Shown here piece by piece: positions 30,401 to 39,302 of a stretch of DNA of 64,000 nucleotides. The stretch is from Ostreococcus lucimarinus. Lineage: Eukaryota. How positions within the stretch are numbered: the stretch's first letter is position 1; the number at the start of each line of letters is the position of its first letter. A program made the translations under genes and the position numbers. The stretch lies in the NCBI GenBank assembly GCA_000092065.1, contig CP000587.1; one strand, given 5' to 3'. Below the pieces are notes generated by a model. The model was not told where the DNA came from, searched no databases, and was given only the letters and a program-made list of their open reading frames with translations.

Positions 30401-31602
30401 GCCGGAAAGACGATGTCGGCGTCCATCGGTCGTTCCATGACTCCCGCGTATAGCGAGAAAACGACAACCGACACAATCACTGGGCCGGCCGACATGATTG
30501 ATGTGTTTATCGCGGCAACGTTGGCGACTTTCGTCGCTTGAATCATCTCGCGCTTGCGCACTTCGGCGACCTCTTCTCGCAACGATTCCTCCCACGCGTT
30601 GAGCTTTAAAATCTTTATCCCACTCAAACCCTCATTTTCAAGCTTCACTCGCCGATCAGTCTCCACGTTTTGTTTTTTGCGGTAGCGGTACATCATCCCG
30701 TAAAAGAATTTTTGCGCGGGAATCAAACCGAGCATGATGAACAATCCCCCGAACACGCTCCATCCGATGTACGAATACAAGAGCGCCATGTACCCCATCG
30801 TTTGTAACAATCCGCTCCACAGCACGTTTAGGAACAGCATGAGATCGCCCACGCGCTGCGCGTCGAGTTGCATGTAATTCAACACCTCGCCCGTCGTGCT
30901 CCCACTTCTCCCCGCGCTAGACAAGCGCATCGTCTTCCGATACACCGCCGTCGAGAGCGCGCCCTTGATGCAAATGCCGCTCGCCTGAGCGTAGTAAAAA
31001 TACGTCTGTTCGCACAGCGTGCGCAACACCGCCAATGAAAACATCAGCGCGCAGTACAACCAACCGATCCCGTTCCCCGTCACCGACGCCCCGAACGCGT
31101 CGGACATGAAATTCGGTTTATTCCCGACGTATCGCAAAAAGCCGCTCAAAACCACGGGTGGCAAAAACTGCACGACGTCGTTGCACAGCTTAAAAAACGT
31201 CCCCTGCAAAATCACTCCCCCGAACGTGCGCCACAGCGGCGACGCGAGCGCGGGTAAAAATCCTTCCTTCGCCTTCGCCTTCGCCTCTTTCCTCGTCGTC
31301 GCGTCCGCGTCCGCCGCCGCGTCCGCGTCCGCCGCCGCCGCCGCGCGTTCGCGCTCCACCCTCCCCAGCGTCTCCAGCATCGCCCGCTCGAACCCGTCCG
31401 CGTTCCGCCTCGCCACGTACGCCTCCGGCGGTCGCAGCAGATCTCCCATCTCCAACCGCGCCGCGCGTCCCGCGTGCGCGTCGAGTCCTCGTCGCAAAAA
31501 CGGCGTCACCCACGCGAAGCACGCGCGCGAGAGCGCGTTCGCGTCGCCGCGCGCGCGCGGCGCGTCCCGCCGCGCGTCCGGCGTCGACGTCGCCGTCGTC
31601 AT
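27463..31602 (-). CDS. ABCC: ABCC/MRP-type full ABC transporter (TMD1-NBD1-TMD2-NBD2), 1,379 aa
   Basis: NBD1 has [17 protein letters not shown] and [32 protein letters not shown]. NBD2 has [30 protein letters not shown] and [12 protein letters not shown]. The N-terminus [13 protein letters not shown] is ABCC-like. Single intronless ORF. Confidence 0.95.
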   Translation of the reverse strand: [1379 protein letters not shown]

Positions 31603-31664
31603 CGCCCGCGCCGCGTCGCGCGCGTTCGCCGCGTCGCGTCGCGCGCGCCGCCGCGCGTCACACG

Positions 31665-32813
31665 ATGACGTCCGCGCGCGAGGTCGCGCGCGCGCGCCTC
31701 GCGCGCCTCGCGCGCGTCGTCCGCGCGCCCGCGCGCGACGTCGTCGTCTTCGGCGGCGTCGTCGTCGACGTGCACGCGCGCGCGCGCGGCGCGACGGCGC
31801 GCGGGACGAGCGCGCGCGGTCGCGTCGACCGCGGCGTCGGCGGCGTCGGTCTGAACGTCGCGTGCGCGTGCGCGGCGACGAGCGCGGCGCGCGTCAGGCT
31901 GGTGAGCGCGTGCGGAGACGACGCGGACGGCGCGAGCGTCCGCGAGGCGTGGCGCGCGCGCGCGAGAGGGAGGGACGACGGGGCGGGGGTGCGCGCGCGC
32001 GCGGGCGCGAGGACGGGGCGCGTCGTCGCGGTGACGGACGAAAGCGGCGAGATCGTGGCGAGCGTCGCGGACGTGGACGTCGTGGAGCGAGACGTGGACG
32101 AAGAGTGGTGCGAAAAGTACGCGAGCGACGCGAGGGGGGCGCGAGTGGTGGTGATCGATGGGAATCTGTCGGCGCGGGGGATTCGAGCGGCGCGGCGCGC
32201 GGCGGCGACGACGGCGACGTGGTTCGAACCGGTTTCGGTGGCGAAGGCGGTGAGGATCGTGGAGAGCGGTGATGCGGGGAGACCGATGGTGGGCGTGAGG
32301 TGGTGCTCGCCGAACGCGGCGGAGCTTCGCGAGCTGGCGAATGCGGTGCGGAGAAGTTGGGCGAAGGGCTCGCCGATGTCGCCGTGTCCGTTCAATCCAG
32401 AGCTCGAGTTCGACGCGGCGAACGATGCGCTCGATGCGTTGGCGAGCGACATAGCCACGGTGCTCGCCGCCGGGTGCGAGCGCGTCGTGCTCACGCTCGG
32501 GTCGCTGGGCGTGATCGTCTCCTCCGCACCGGACGGCGACGCGTCGAACGCCGAGCACGCGCACGTGCCCGCTTTCGCGGTGAAGAGCGCGGCGTCGCTC
32601 ATCGGCGCGGGCGACGCATTGGTCGGTGGCGCGGTCGGCGCGCTCGCGCGAGGCGTCGATGAGATGCGCGCCATCGCGATAGGAGTCGCGTGCGCTTCGA
32701 TGGCGTGCGAACGACGCGAAGCGGCGCTGTTCGACGTCGACGCGAGAGAGATTGACAGGCGGGCGGCGATCGTTTTCGACGGCATCACACCCATAAAAGC
32801 CGCCGTGCAATAG
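31665..32813 (+). CDS. pfkB-family (ribokinase-like) carbohydrate/nucleoside kinase
   Basis: The N-terminal GG-type motif is VVVFGGVVVDV..GGVGLNVA. The C-terminal pfkB signature is IGAGDALVGGAVGAL. ATG is 63 bp from the ABCC ATG on the other strand. Confidence 0.75.
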   Translation: MTSAREVARARLARLARVVRAPARDVVVFGGVVVDVHARARGATARGTSARGRVDRGVGGVGLNVACACAATSAARVRLVSACGDDADGASVREAWRARARGRDDGAGVRARAGARTGRVVAVTDESGEIVASVADVDVVERDVDEEWCEKYASDARGARVVVIDGNLSARGIRAARRAAATTATWFEPVSVAKAVRIVESGDAGRPMVGVRWCSPNAAELRELANAVRRSWAKGSPMSPCPFNPELEFDAANDALDALASDIATVLAAGCERVVLTLGSLGVIVSSAPDGDASNAEHAHVPAFAVKSAASLIGAGDALVGGAVGALARGVDEMRAIAIGVACASMACERREAALFDVDAREIDRRAAIVFDGITPIKAAVQ

Positions 32814-32833
32814 GCTAGGATAGCTAGGAATTT

Positions 32834-34897
32834 CTATTTAATACTAGTAGACTTGCGAGAATGATTCGTCGCCGGTTCCCACGTGCACTCCTCCAACTCG
32901 CGCCGCAAGTGCTCCTCCGCCAACGCTTTGCGTCGAGCCTCAGCCTTTTCGACGACGTTTTCGGCGAAGGCGCCGGTGAACGGCTCGGGAATCGTCCGTC
33001 GGCCCCATCGGTCGAAATCGTCCAAGTTCTCGAGGAAAGCCTTGGCGTATCGCTCGCGCTTTTCTTCTTCGAGCTCGCGCGCCTTGGCTTGCTTGCGCAA
33101 AAACGAATCCATACCTTTGACTTTCGACGCGGACGGGGAGCCCATGGCGCGAGGCTCTCGCGCGATGGACTCGGGACGAAACGTACACTGCTCCAACTCG
33201 CGATACTCGGCGCGCCTACGGAGATTTTCGAGCGCAGTTTCTTTTTCGTGCCGGTATGCTTCGATGCGAGCGCTCACCGCATCGCCGCCGACGCCGTAAT
33301 CCATCGCGAACTGACTCGTATCGCGAGCCTTTCGGGCCTCATTCGACCGATCGAGGTTTGGTTCGAACGTGTGCTGTTCTCGGAACTCACGTTCGAGCTC
33401 GGCTTGCGCGCGTCGTCGCGCCAAGTCCCGTCGCTCGTCGCGCGCCAAATCGTCGATCGTACTACCGTGAGGCGCGAGCTCGTACGACTTTTCATTCAAC
33501 TCGGGTTGGTACGTAAACTGCGCGTAGTGCTCTCGCTCGCGGACGCGTTGCGCGGCACGCTTACGCTCGGCGTCTTTCACCGCCAATCGATCTGAGCGCT
33601 CTTCGGGCGTTTCGAGCAACTTGTACACGTGCCGCCCTCGGCGCAACACGCTGGCGGCGTTGCCGATATCTGGCATAAATGTGCATTCGTCGTCGACCAT
33701 AGCGCGCTTTTCCTGGGCGCGCCGCGCGACTTTTTCGCTGAAGTCACGCTGTCGTTCAAGGAAGCCGGCGCCTAGTTTGCCTTGACGCTCAAGTTCGTCG
33801 ACCACGCGCTCGCTTTCGCGCGTGATTTTAGGCGCAAAAGTGAGATTTTCATCCTCGCCGTCCAACGCCGACGATCGTCTGCGGTGAATCGTTGGCGCTT
33901 CGTCGCCGGCGTCGTCATCATCTTCCATAGCCTTCTGAATCTCGGCACGCTGCATGGCGAGAATCACACTCGTCGGATTGATCGTGGGCTTGAACGTGTG
34001 CGCCTTGGCGAGTTCGTCTTCCACCTTTAAACGAGCCTCTGTTCTCACGTTTTCTTTGGCGCGCAACACGTCGGCGACGCGCCGGTGCAACGGCGGCGTC
34101 TTGGCGACTTTGTCTCGAATCCCAGCGCTCGTCCTGACGTTAACTGTCGGCTTGAACGTCAAAAGTTCCATCTCTTCCTCCACCACGCGCGCCTGTACGC
34201 GCTCCCTAGTCTCTAATCGCTTCTCCGCGTACTCGTACAATCGCTCCGCCGCCGGTTTCGTCGACGGCGTCTTCGGCCCTCGACCAACCTTCGGTGCGAA
34301 CGTGCAATTCTCCGCAAACACAGCCTCATCTTTCTCCTTCTTCACGCTCGCCGATCGTTCCCACAACGCCGTCCTCGGCGCCGCCAACTTCTCCAACGAC
34401 GCCCGCTTTCCCGCGTCTCGTCTCCCCTCGCCGTGCGTTCGCGGCCTAAACGTCTCCTCCTCCGCCCGTCGCGCCATCGCCTCCGCCACCACGCGCTCCC
34501 GCGCGTGTCGTCCCGCCAATTTCTCCGCCCGCTCTCTCCTCGCGCACGCCGGCGCCTCTCCCGCGCTTCCGTCCCGTCGCCGCGTCCCGCGCGTCGTCGT
34601 CCCGCTCGCCGTCGTCTCCCTCGCGCGCGTCTCGTACTCCATGTACCGCGATTTCACCCCTCGCCATCGCGCGCTTCGTCCGTCGCCTTTATCACCGTCG
34701 TCCTCGCCCGCGTTCGTCGCGTCCGCGCTCGCGCTCGCGCCGCTTCGCGCGCCGTCGCGCGCGCGCGCCCTGACCAACGCCGCGACGAACGCGCGCCGCT
34801 CGCCCGCCGTCATCTCCCGGACGCCCTTCGACGCGGGCGCGCGCGCGGACGCGCCGGCGGCGTCCTCGCGCGCGTCGCGCGCGTCGACGCGCGCCAT
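32834..34897 (-). CDS. Repeat protein: about nine 60-70 aa modules, each with a [C/H]-T-[F/W/Y]-x-P-x-[I/L/V]-[N/D] motif embedded in E/R/K-rich helices
   Basis: Motifs in order: [99 protein letters not shown]. The track ORF starts with TTG at 34954. The first ATG is at 34897. Confidence 0.6.
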   Translation of the reverse strand: MARVDARDAREDAAGASARAPASKGVREMTAGERRAFVAALVRARARDGARSGASASADATNAGEDDGDKGDGRSARWRGVKSRYMEYETRARETTASGTTTRGTRRRDGSAGEAPACARRERAEKLAGRHARERVVAEAMARRAEEETFRPRTHGEGRRDAGKRASLEKLAAPRTALWERSASVKKEKDEAVFAENCTFAPKVGRGPKTPSTKPAAERLYEYAEKRLETRERVQARVVEEEMELLTFKPTVNVRTSAGIRDKVAKTPPLHRRVADVLRAKENVRTEARLKVEDELAKAHTFKPTINPTSVILAMQRAEIQKAMEDDDDAGDEAPTIHRRRSSALDGEDENLTFAPKITRESERVVDELERQGKLGAGFLERQRDFSEKVARRAQEKRAMVDDECTFMPDIGNAASVLRRGRHVYKLLETPEERSDRLAVKDAERKRAAQRVREREHYAQFTYQPELNEKSYELAPHGSTIDDLARDERRDLARRRAQAELEREFREQHTFEPNLDRSNEARKARDTSQFAMDYGVGGDAVSARIEAYRHEKETALENLRRRAEYRELEQCTFRPESIAREPRAMGSPSASKVKGMDSFLRKQAKARELEEEKRERYAKAFLENLDDFDRWGRRTIPEPFTGAFAENVVEKAEARRKALAEEHLRRELEECTWEPATNHSRKSTSIK

Positions 34898-35060
34898 CCG
34901 TCGCGCACTGGCGCGCGCGCGTCGGTCCGTCGACCGCGTCGCACCGCATTTCAAAAACGACGAGTCGCGAACCGAGGGGGGGGGACTCCAGGGCTGTCGC
35001 GCGCCGCGTCGACGCGGCGACGACGCGACTTCGCGACGCCGAGCGCGCGCGACGAGGACG

Positions 35061-36509
35061 ATGCAGCAGTGCGGGTGCGCGCGACGCGCGACGACCCGAC
35101 CGACGCGCGACGCGCGACGACGACGCGCGACGACGACCGACGACGACGACGACGACGACGACGAACGAGGACTGGATAAATATTTGAAATCGCGCGGGAC
35201 GATCGATCCGACGCGCGACGACGAAAGCGCGGCGACTGACGACGAACGACGGCGACGCAGGTCGAAAAGCTATGCGGGGACGCGCGTGGTGGGACGCGCG
35301 AGCGGCGCGCGGGCGGGCGCGCGAAGGATGACGCGAAGAAGCGGGACGACGACGCGCGCGGCGACGAACGCGGCGACCATCAAGGTGGTCGGCGTCGGCG
35401 GCGGTGGATCGAACGCGGTGAACCGAATGGTGGACGCGGATATTAATGGGGTGGAATTCTGGATCGTGAACACGGATGCGCAGGCGCTGGAGACGGCGGT
35501 GGCGGATCCGAGAAACCACTTGCAGATCGGCGCGGAGCTCACGCGAGGTTTGGGCGCGGGCGGGAACCCGGAGATTGGGCAAAAGGCGGCTGAAGAGAGC
35601 CGAGCCGCGATCGAACAGGCTTTGTCTGGGTCTGACATGGTGTTCGTCACGGCGGGTATGGGCGGTGGTACGGGCTCGGGCGCCGCGCCCGTCGTCGCGC
35701 AAGTGGCGAAGAGCGCCGGTATTTTAACCGTCGGCATCGTGACGATGCCGTTCAAGTTTGAAGGACGTCAGCGATACAACCAAGCGATGGAAGCCGTCGA
35801 ACGTTTGCGACAAAACGTGGATACGCTCATCGTTATTCCTAACGATCGCTTGCTCGCCGCCGTGGACGCGTCTTTGCCGGTGCAAGATGCGTTTTTGCTC
35901 GCCGACGATATTCTTCGCCAAGGCGTCCGCGGCATCACCGATATTATTACTTTGCCGGGCTTGATCAACGTCGATTTCGCGGATGTGCGCGCCGTGATGG
36001 CGGACGCTGGCTCTTCGCTCATGGGTATCGGTCGTGCGAGCGGCAAGAACCGCGCGCGCGAAGCTGCCGAAGCCGCGATTTCGTCCCCGTTGCTCGATTT
36101 GGGCATCGACCGCGCCACCGGCATTGTTTGGAACATCACCGGCGGCAGCGATTTGACTTTGCACGAAGTCAACGAAGCCGCTGAGGTCATCTATGATCTC
36201 GTCGACCCGTCCGCGCTGATTATCTTCGGAGCCGTCGTGAAGGATGGCAACAGAGCCACGGATGGTGAAGTTTCTATTACGCTCATCGCCACCGGGTTTT
36301 CCCCGTCGGCGGGTATTTCTCAAACCGCCGCGCCGGCGTCCCGATCGAACGGAAAGAAAGCCCCGGCCGCCATCGACGGCCGCACGCCCATCATGGGCTG
36401 GAACACGAAGACGGAAATCCCGAGCAACGGTAAATCCGAACGCGATGAAGAGCAACCGGCGTCTCGCGGCGGCATCCCCTCTTTTTTGCGCCGCCGCATG
36501 GGTCGCTAA
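35061..36509 (+). CDS. ftsZ: FtsZ (organelle-division tubulin-like GTPase) with C-terminal conserved core peptide
   Basis: [18 protein letters not shown] (GGGTGSG-type motif [15 protein letters not shown]), [41 protein letters not shown], and the C-terminal [12 protein letters not shown] (D-IP-xFLR-type core motif). The N-terminal extension contains a (GAC)8 poly-Asp run. Confidence 0.9.
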   Translation: MQQCGCARRATTRPTRDARRRRATTTDDDDDDDDERGLDKYLKSRGTIDPTRDDESAATDDERRRRRSKSYAGTRVVGRASGARAGARRMTRRSGTTTRAATNAATIKVVGVGGGGSNAVNRMVDADINGVEFWIVNTDAQALETAVADPRNHLQIGAELTRGLGAGGNPEIGQKAAEESRAAIEQALSGSDMVFVTAGMGGGTGSGAAPVVAQVAKSAGILTVGIVTMPFKFEGRQRYNQAMEAVERLRQNVDTLIVIPNDRLLAAVDASLPVQDAFLLADDILRQGVRGITDIITLPGLINVDFADVRAVMADAGSSLMGIGRASGKNRAREAAEAAISSPLLDLGIDRATGIVWNITGGSDLTLHEVNEAAEVIYDLVDPSALIIFGAVVKDGNRATDGEVSITLIATGFSPSAGISQTAAPASRSNGKKAPAAIDGRTPIMGWNTKTEIPSNGKSERDEEQPASRGGIPSFLRRRMGR

Positions 36510-36614
36510 CGAATCAAAGGGGAGGTTCAAGTTTTGTACACGACACACTAACACACACATCATAGAAGAGATCTCTTAATCATTAAGCGAAGCTATTCAC
36601 ATTACAAGTCGCCC

Positions 36615-38594
36615 TCATCGCGAAAGGCTGTCGAGAACGCCGACCTCGGCCAGCGACAGGGGAGGATGAAAACTTCGTCTGTTCACGCGCACGTCTTCCA
36701 CGAAATCGTCCACAGTTTTGGACATCCGTTTGCGCGAATTCGCCGAGTCGAGCAATCGAATCATGACAACGGCAAAATCGCGGCTGTACGGCGGACCTGC
36801 GATCTCCAACACCTCGTTCGCAAAGTATCGAATCTGAGACGGATCCAACGTCCGACGCCACGAGTTCGCCGCAGCCGTGATCGTCGGCATCACGTGGCCA
36901 GCAGCGACGAGTTCGCAACCCAGGTCGAGGAGCGAAATAGCCAATTCGGCGCCGTGTGAACTTCCGCATGATTGAATGATCGCGTTCAGCGCCTCCAGCA
37001 CCACGCCTTGCAGCCCAATGTGCTTCTTCGCCACTTCCCCGAGGACGTGCACGAAAACAGAGTTGGCGTTCCCGACTTGAACGACCCGATGATACATTTC
37101 ATTCGTGAGCGCAGAGCGCGCGGCGGCGATGATACCTGCAGTCGCGCACGGGATAGCGAACACTTTATCGACACTCGTCTGCTCTGGCATCTCGCCCCGC
37201 TTCGCGTTTTCGACGATTGCCACGGCTTCAGTCAACGCCGCTTTTACTTCATCCACGCTCGTCTCGTCATCGCTTGCGGCTAAAGCGATCAGCTCGAAAC
37301 ACTCGCTGCGTAAACGATTCGCGCCCGAGTCAACTGTCCATTTAAAAGCTTCCGAAATGAGGTTGTAAAGGACGTCGGGGTGCCGAAGCGGCGCCACCGA
37401 CGGCTTCTTCTTGACGTCGCTCGACACGTACAAGTCGAGCAGCTTTTTCAAGTCCCCAGCCGCGAGTGCCCCACTGTCGCGTATTTGCCCAACCGATGAC
37501 GTGTTCGTGCCCACTGGACGCGAGCTGAGCAAATCAGCCGTGGCGTACTTGGCCGTAGCGTCAGCCGCGGACGCCGCGAGCCAAGGCGCCAGACGGCGAA
37601 CCGTTGCGGCACCGTGCAAGCTCGCTGCCGCCTCTTCAATCTCTTCCGACAATCGCGCCGCGATCGCCTGTGAACTCTTGGTCGTCGCCTTGTCCGTGTC
37701 TCGCCCTAAAGTCGCGAGCATGAGCTGGCCAAAGACGTACGTGCCTATGGACTGACAGCACATGCTCTTCAACCGCTCTTCAAAGTCCATTCGTCGCTCG
37801 TCGTCATCACCGGCTTCGATGATTCCCTTGACGTGATCGGCGAGAAGTTCGTGAAAGATGCTAAAATACGCCGCCGCCGCAGGTCCGAGCGCGCGCACTT
37901 CGTGTCGCATGCCGCGCTGCCACGCGTGCTGAATCGCGCACGAAATCAATAAACAGTTTGGATTACGCTCCGCCAAAGAAAACAACACCGCCCGCCCGCG
38001 CTCGCTCTTGAACAGCCCATCCAACCACGCCGGCGGTCGTCCCTGGAACACCGCGTCCGCCTTATTCGCGTCGAATTTCTCTCTCACGAGCGCCTCCAAA
38101 AAATACATTTCATCGAATCGCGCCTCCGTCTCCATCGTCGCCGCGCGCTCCCGCGGCGTCCCTTTCCCCGCTCCGCTGGTCAATATCCCTCCAGTCGGTG
38201 TTCTCGTCGCGTCACCGTCGCCATTATCGATGCCTCGCGTCTCTACCGCCGCGCTCACCTTGATCGGCGACGTGTTCGCGCCCCGTCTCGGCGGCGCCGT
38301 CACCTTCAACCAGTGCACCGCCAGCGTCGTCATCGCCGCGTACCCTCGGTAATTCTCGCTCAGCAGCTCTATCGCCGTGCTCGGCGCGCCTCCCGCGGAG
38401 ACGTACGCGCGCACGTCATCGATCGCGCTCGGTTCCATTATGAAATCTTTCTCCGCGAGTCGCGCTTCCAATTCCATCAGCCTCGACGTCTTCGTCTCGC
38501 CCAGCGCCGCGATCGCGCCGCTCTCTCCCGCGCGCGTCCCCTCGCCGTCGCTCGCCGTCGCGGTTCGCGTGCACACCTCGTCGTCGTCGGACAT
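36615..38594 (-). CDS. NELFCD: Negative elongation factor C/D (NELF-C/D, TH1-like) homolog
   Basis: [33 protein letters not shown] matches human [62 protein letters not shown] matches [57 protein letters not shown] matches IRYFVTEVLDVIAPPYTSDFVQLFLPIL. Confidence 0.8.
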   Translation of the reverse strand: [659 protein letters not shown]

Positions 38595-38906
38595 CGTCGG
38601 CGAAGGCGCGCGAGCGCGAAGTGCCGCGCTGCATCAATGGGCGCGCGACGACGACGCGCGCACCGCGAGCTCGTCGGTTTAGACGCCGCGGCGCCGGCGG
38701 ACGAGGAATTCGCGCCGACGAGCGCGCGGGCGCGGACGAGCGCGCACGCGCGGGCGCGCGGGCGCGCGAGGGAGAAGGATTCGCAGCGCGAATTCGCGAT
38801 TCTGGTCGGCGGCTTCGCGTGCGTGTTGGCGCTCGTCGTGTTCGTGTTTTACGAGCGCGCGATCCACGGCGGATAGCGGCGTCGACGCGCGCGAACGCGT
38901 CGGACG

Positions 38907-39212
38907 ATGCCGGACGGTGAGGGCGAGCGGCGGGCGAGCGCGAACGAACGCGCGGCGCTGCGGCGGTTGGGGTGGTTTACGGCGGCGCTCGCGGCGGTGC
39001 CGTACGCGACGTATAAAACGACGCTGCGGACGACGTGTCCGGCGGCGTACGAGAGATACGGAGCGACATTTTTAGCGACTGAGAGTGGACGAGCGACGTG
39101 TGCGGGGATGTTTGCGATCGTGGCGGTGAATGTAGTTTTGCTCTTGTACGTCGCTTCGGCCCTGCGCGGCGGCGACGAACGGCTGCCGGTTCCGGCGAAG
39201 AAGGCTGACTAA
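38907..39212 (+). CDS. Possible small (101 aa) membrane protein; weak call
   Basis: Genuine ATG, GC3-rich codon usage, one hydrophobic segment (MFAIVAVNVVLLLYVASAL). No homology recognised. Confidence 0.3.
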   Translation: MPDGEGERRASANERAALRRLGWFTAALAAVPYATYKTTLRTTCPAAYERYGATFLATESGRATCAGMFAIVAVNVVLLLYVASALRGGDERLPVPAKKAD

Positions 39213-39302
39213 AGTTCTAATGTCAATTTACAGTTTGAAGACGCTATGTGAGTACGCTATGTGAGACCTCGACCACCGCGCTACGGTTATCGAAGTCTTC
39301 CG

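Noticed and set aside
31019-32810. ORFs 31019-32272 (+), 31599-32810 (-) and 31658-32794 (-), each overlapping the pfkB kinase
   Set aside because: These are antisense or out-of-frame Arg/Ala-rich translations of an about 80% GC gene. The pfkB frame alone carries the GG and GAGD kinase motifs.
33954-35060. Upstream 1.1-kb extension of the FtsZ track ORF (33954-36509) and ORFs 34433-35179 and 34692-35702
   Set aside because: The extension is antisense to the repeat-protein gene (32834-34897). The FtsZ homology starts only after the ATG at 35061. The others are Arg-rich artefacts.
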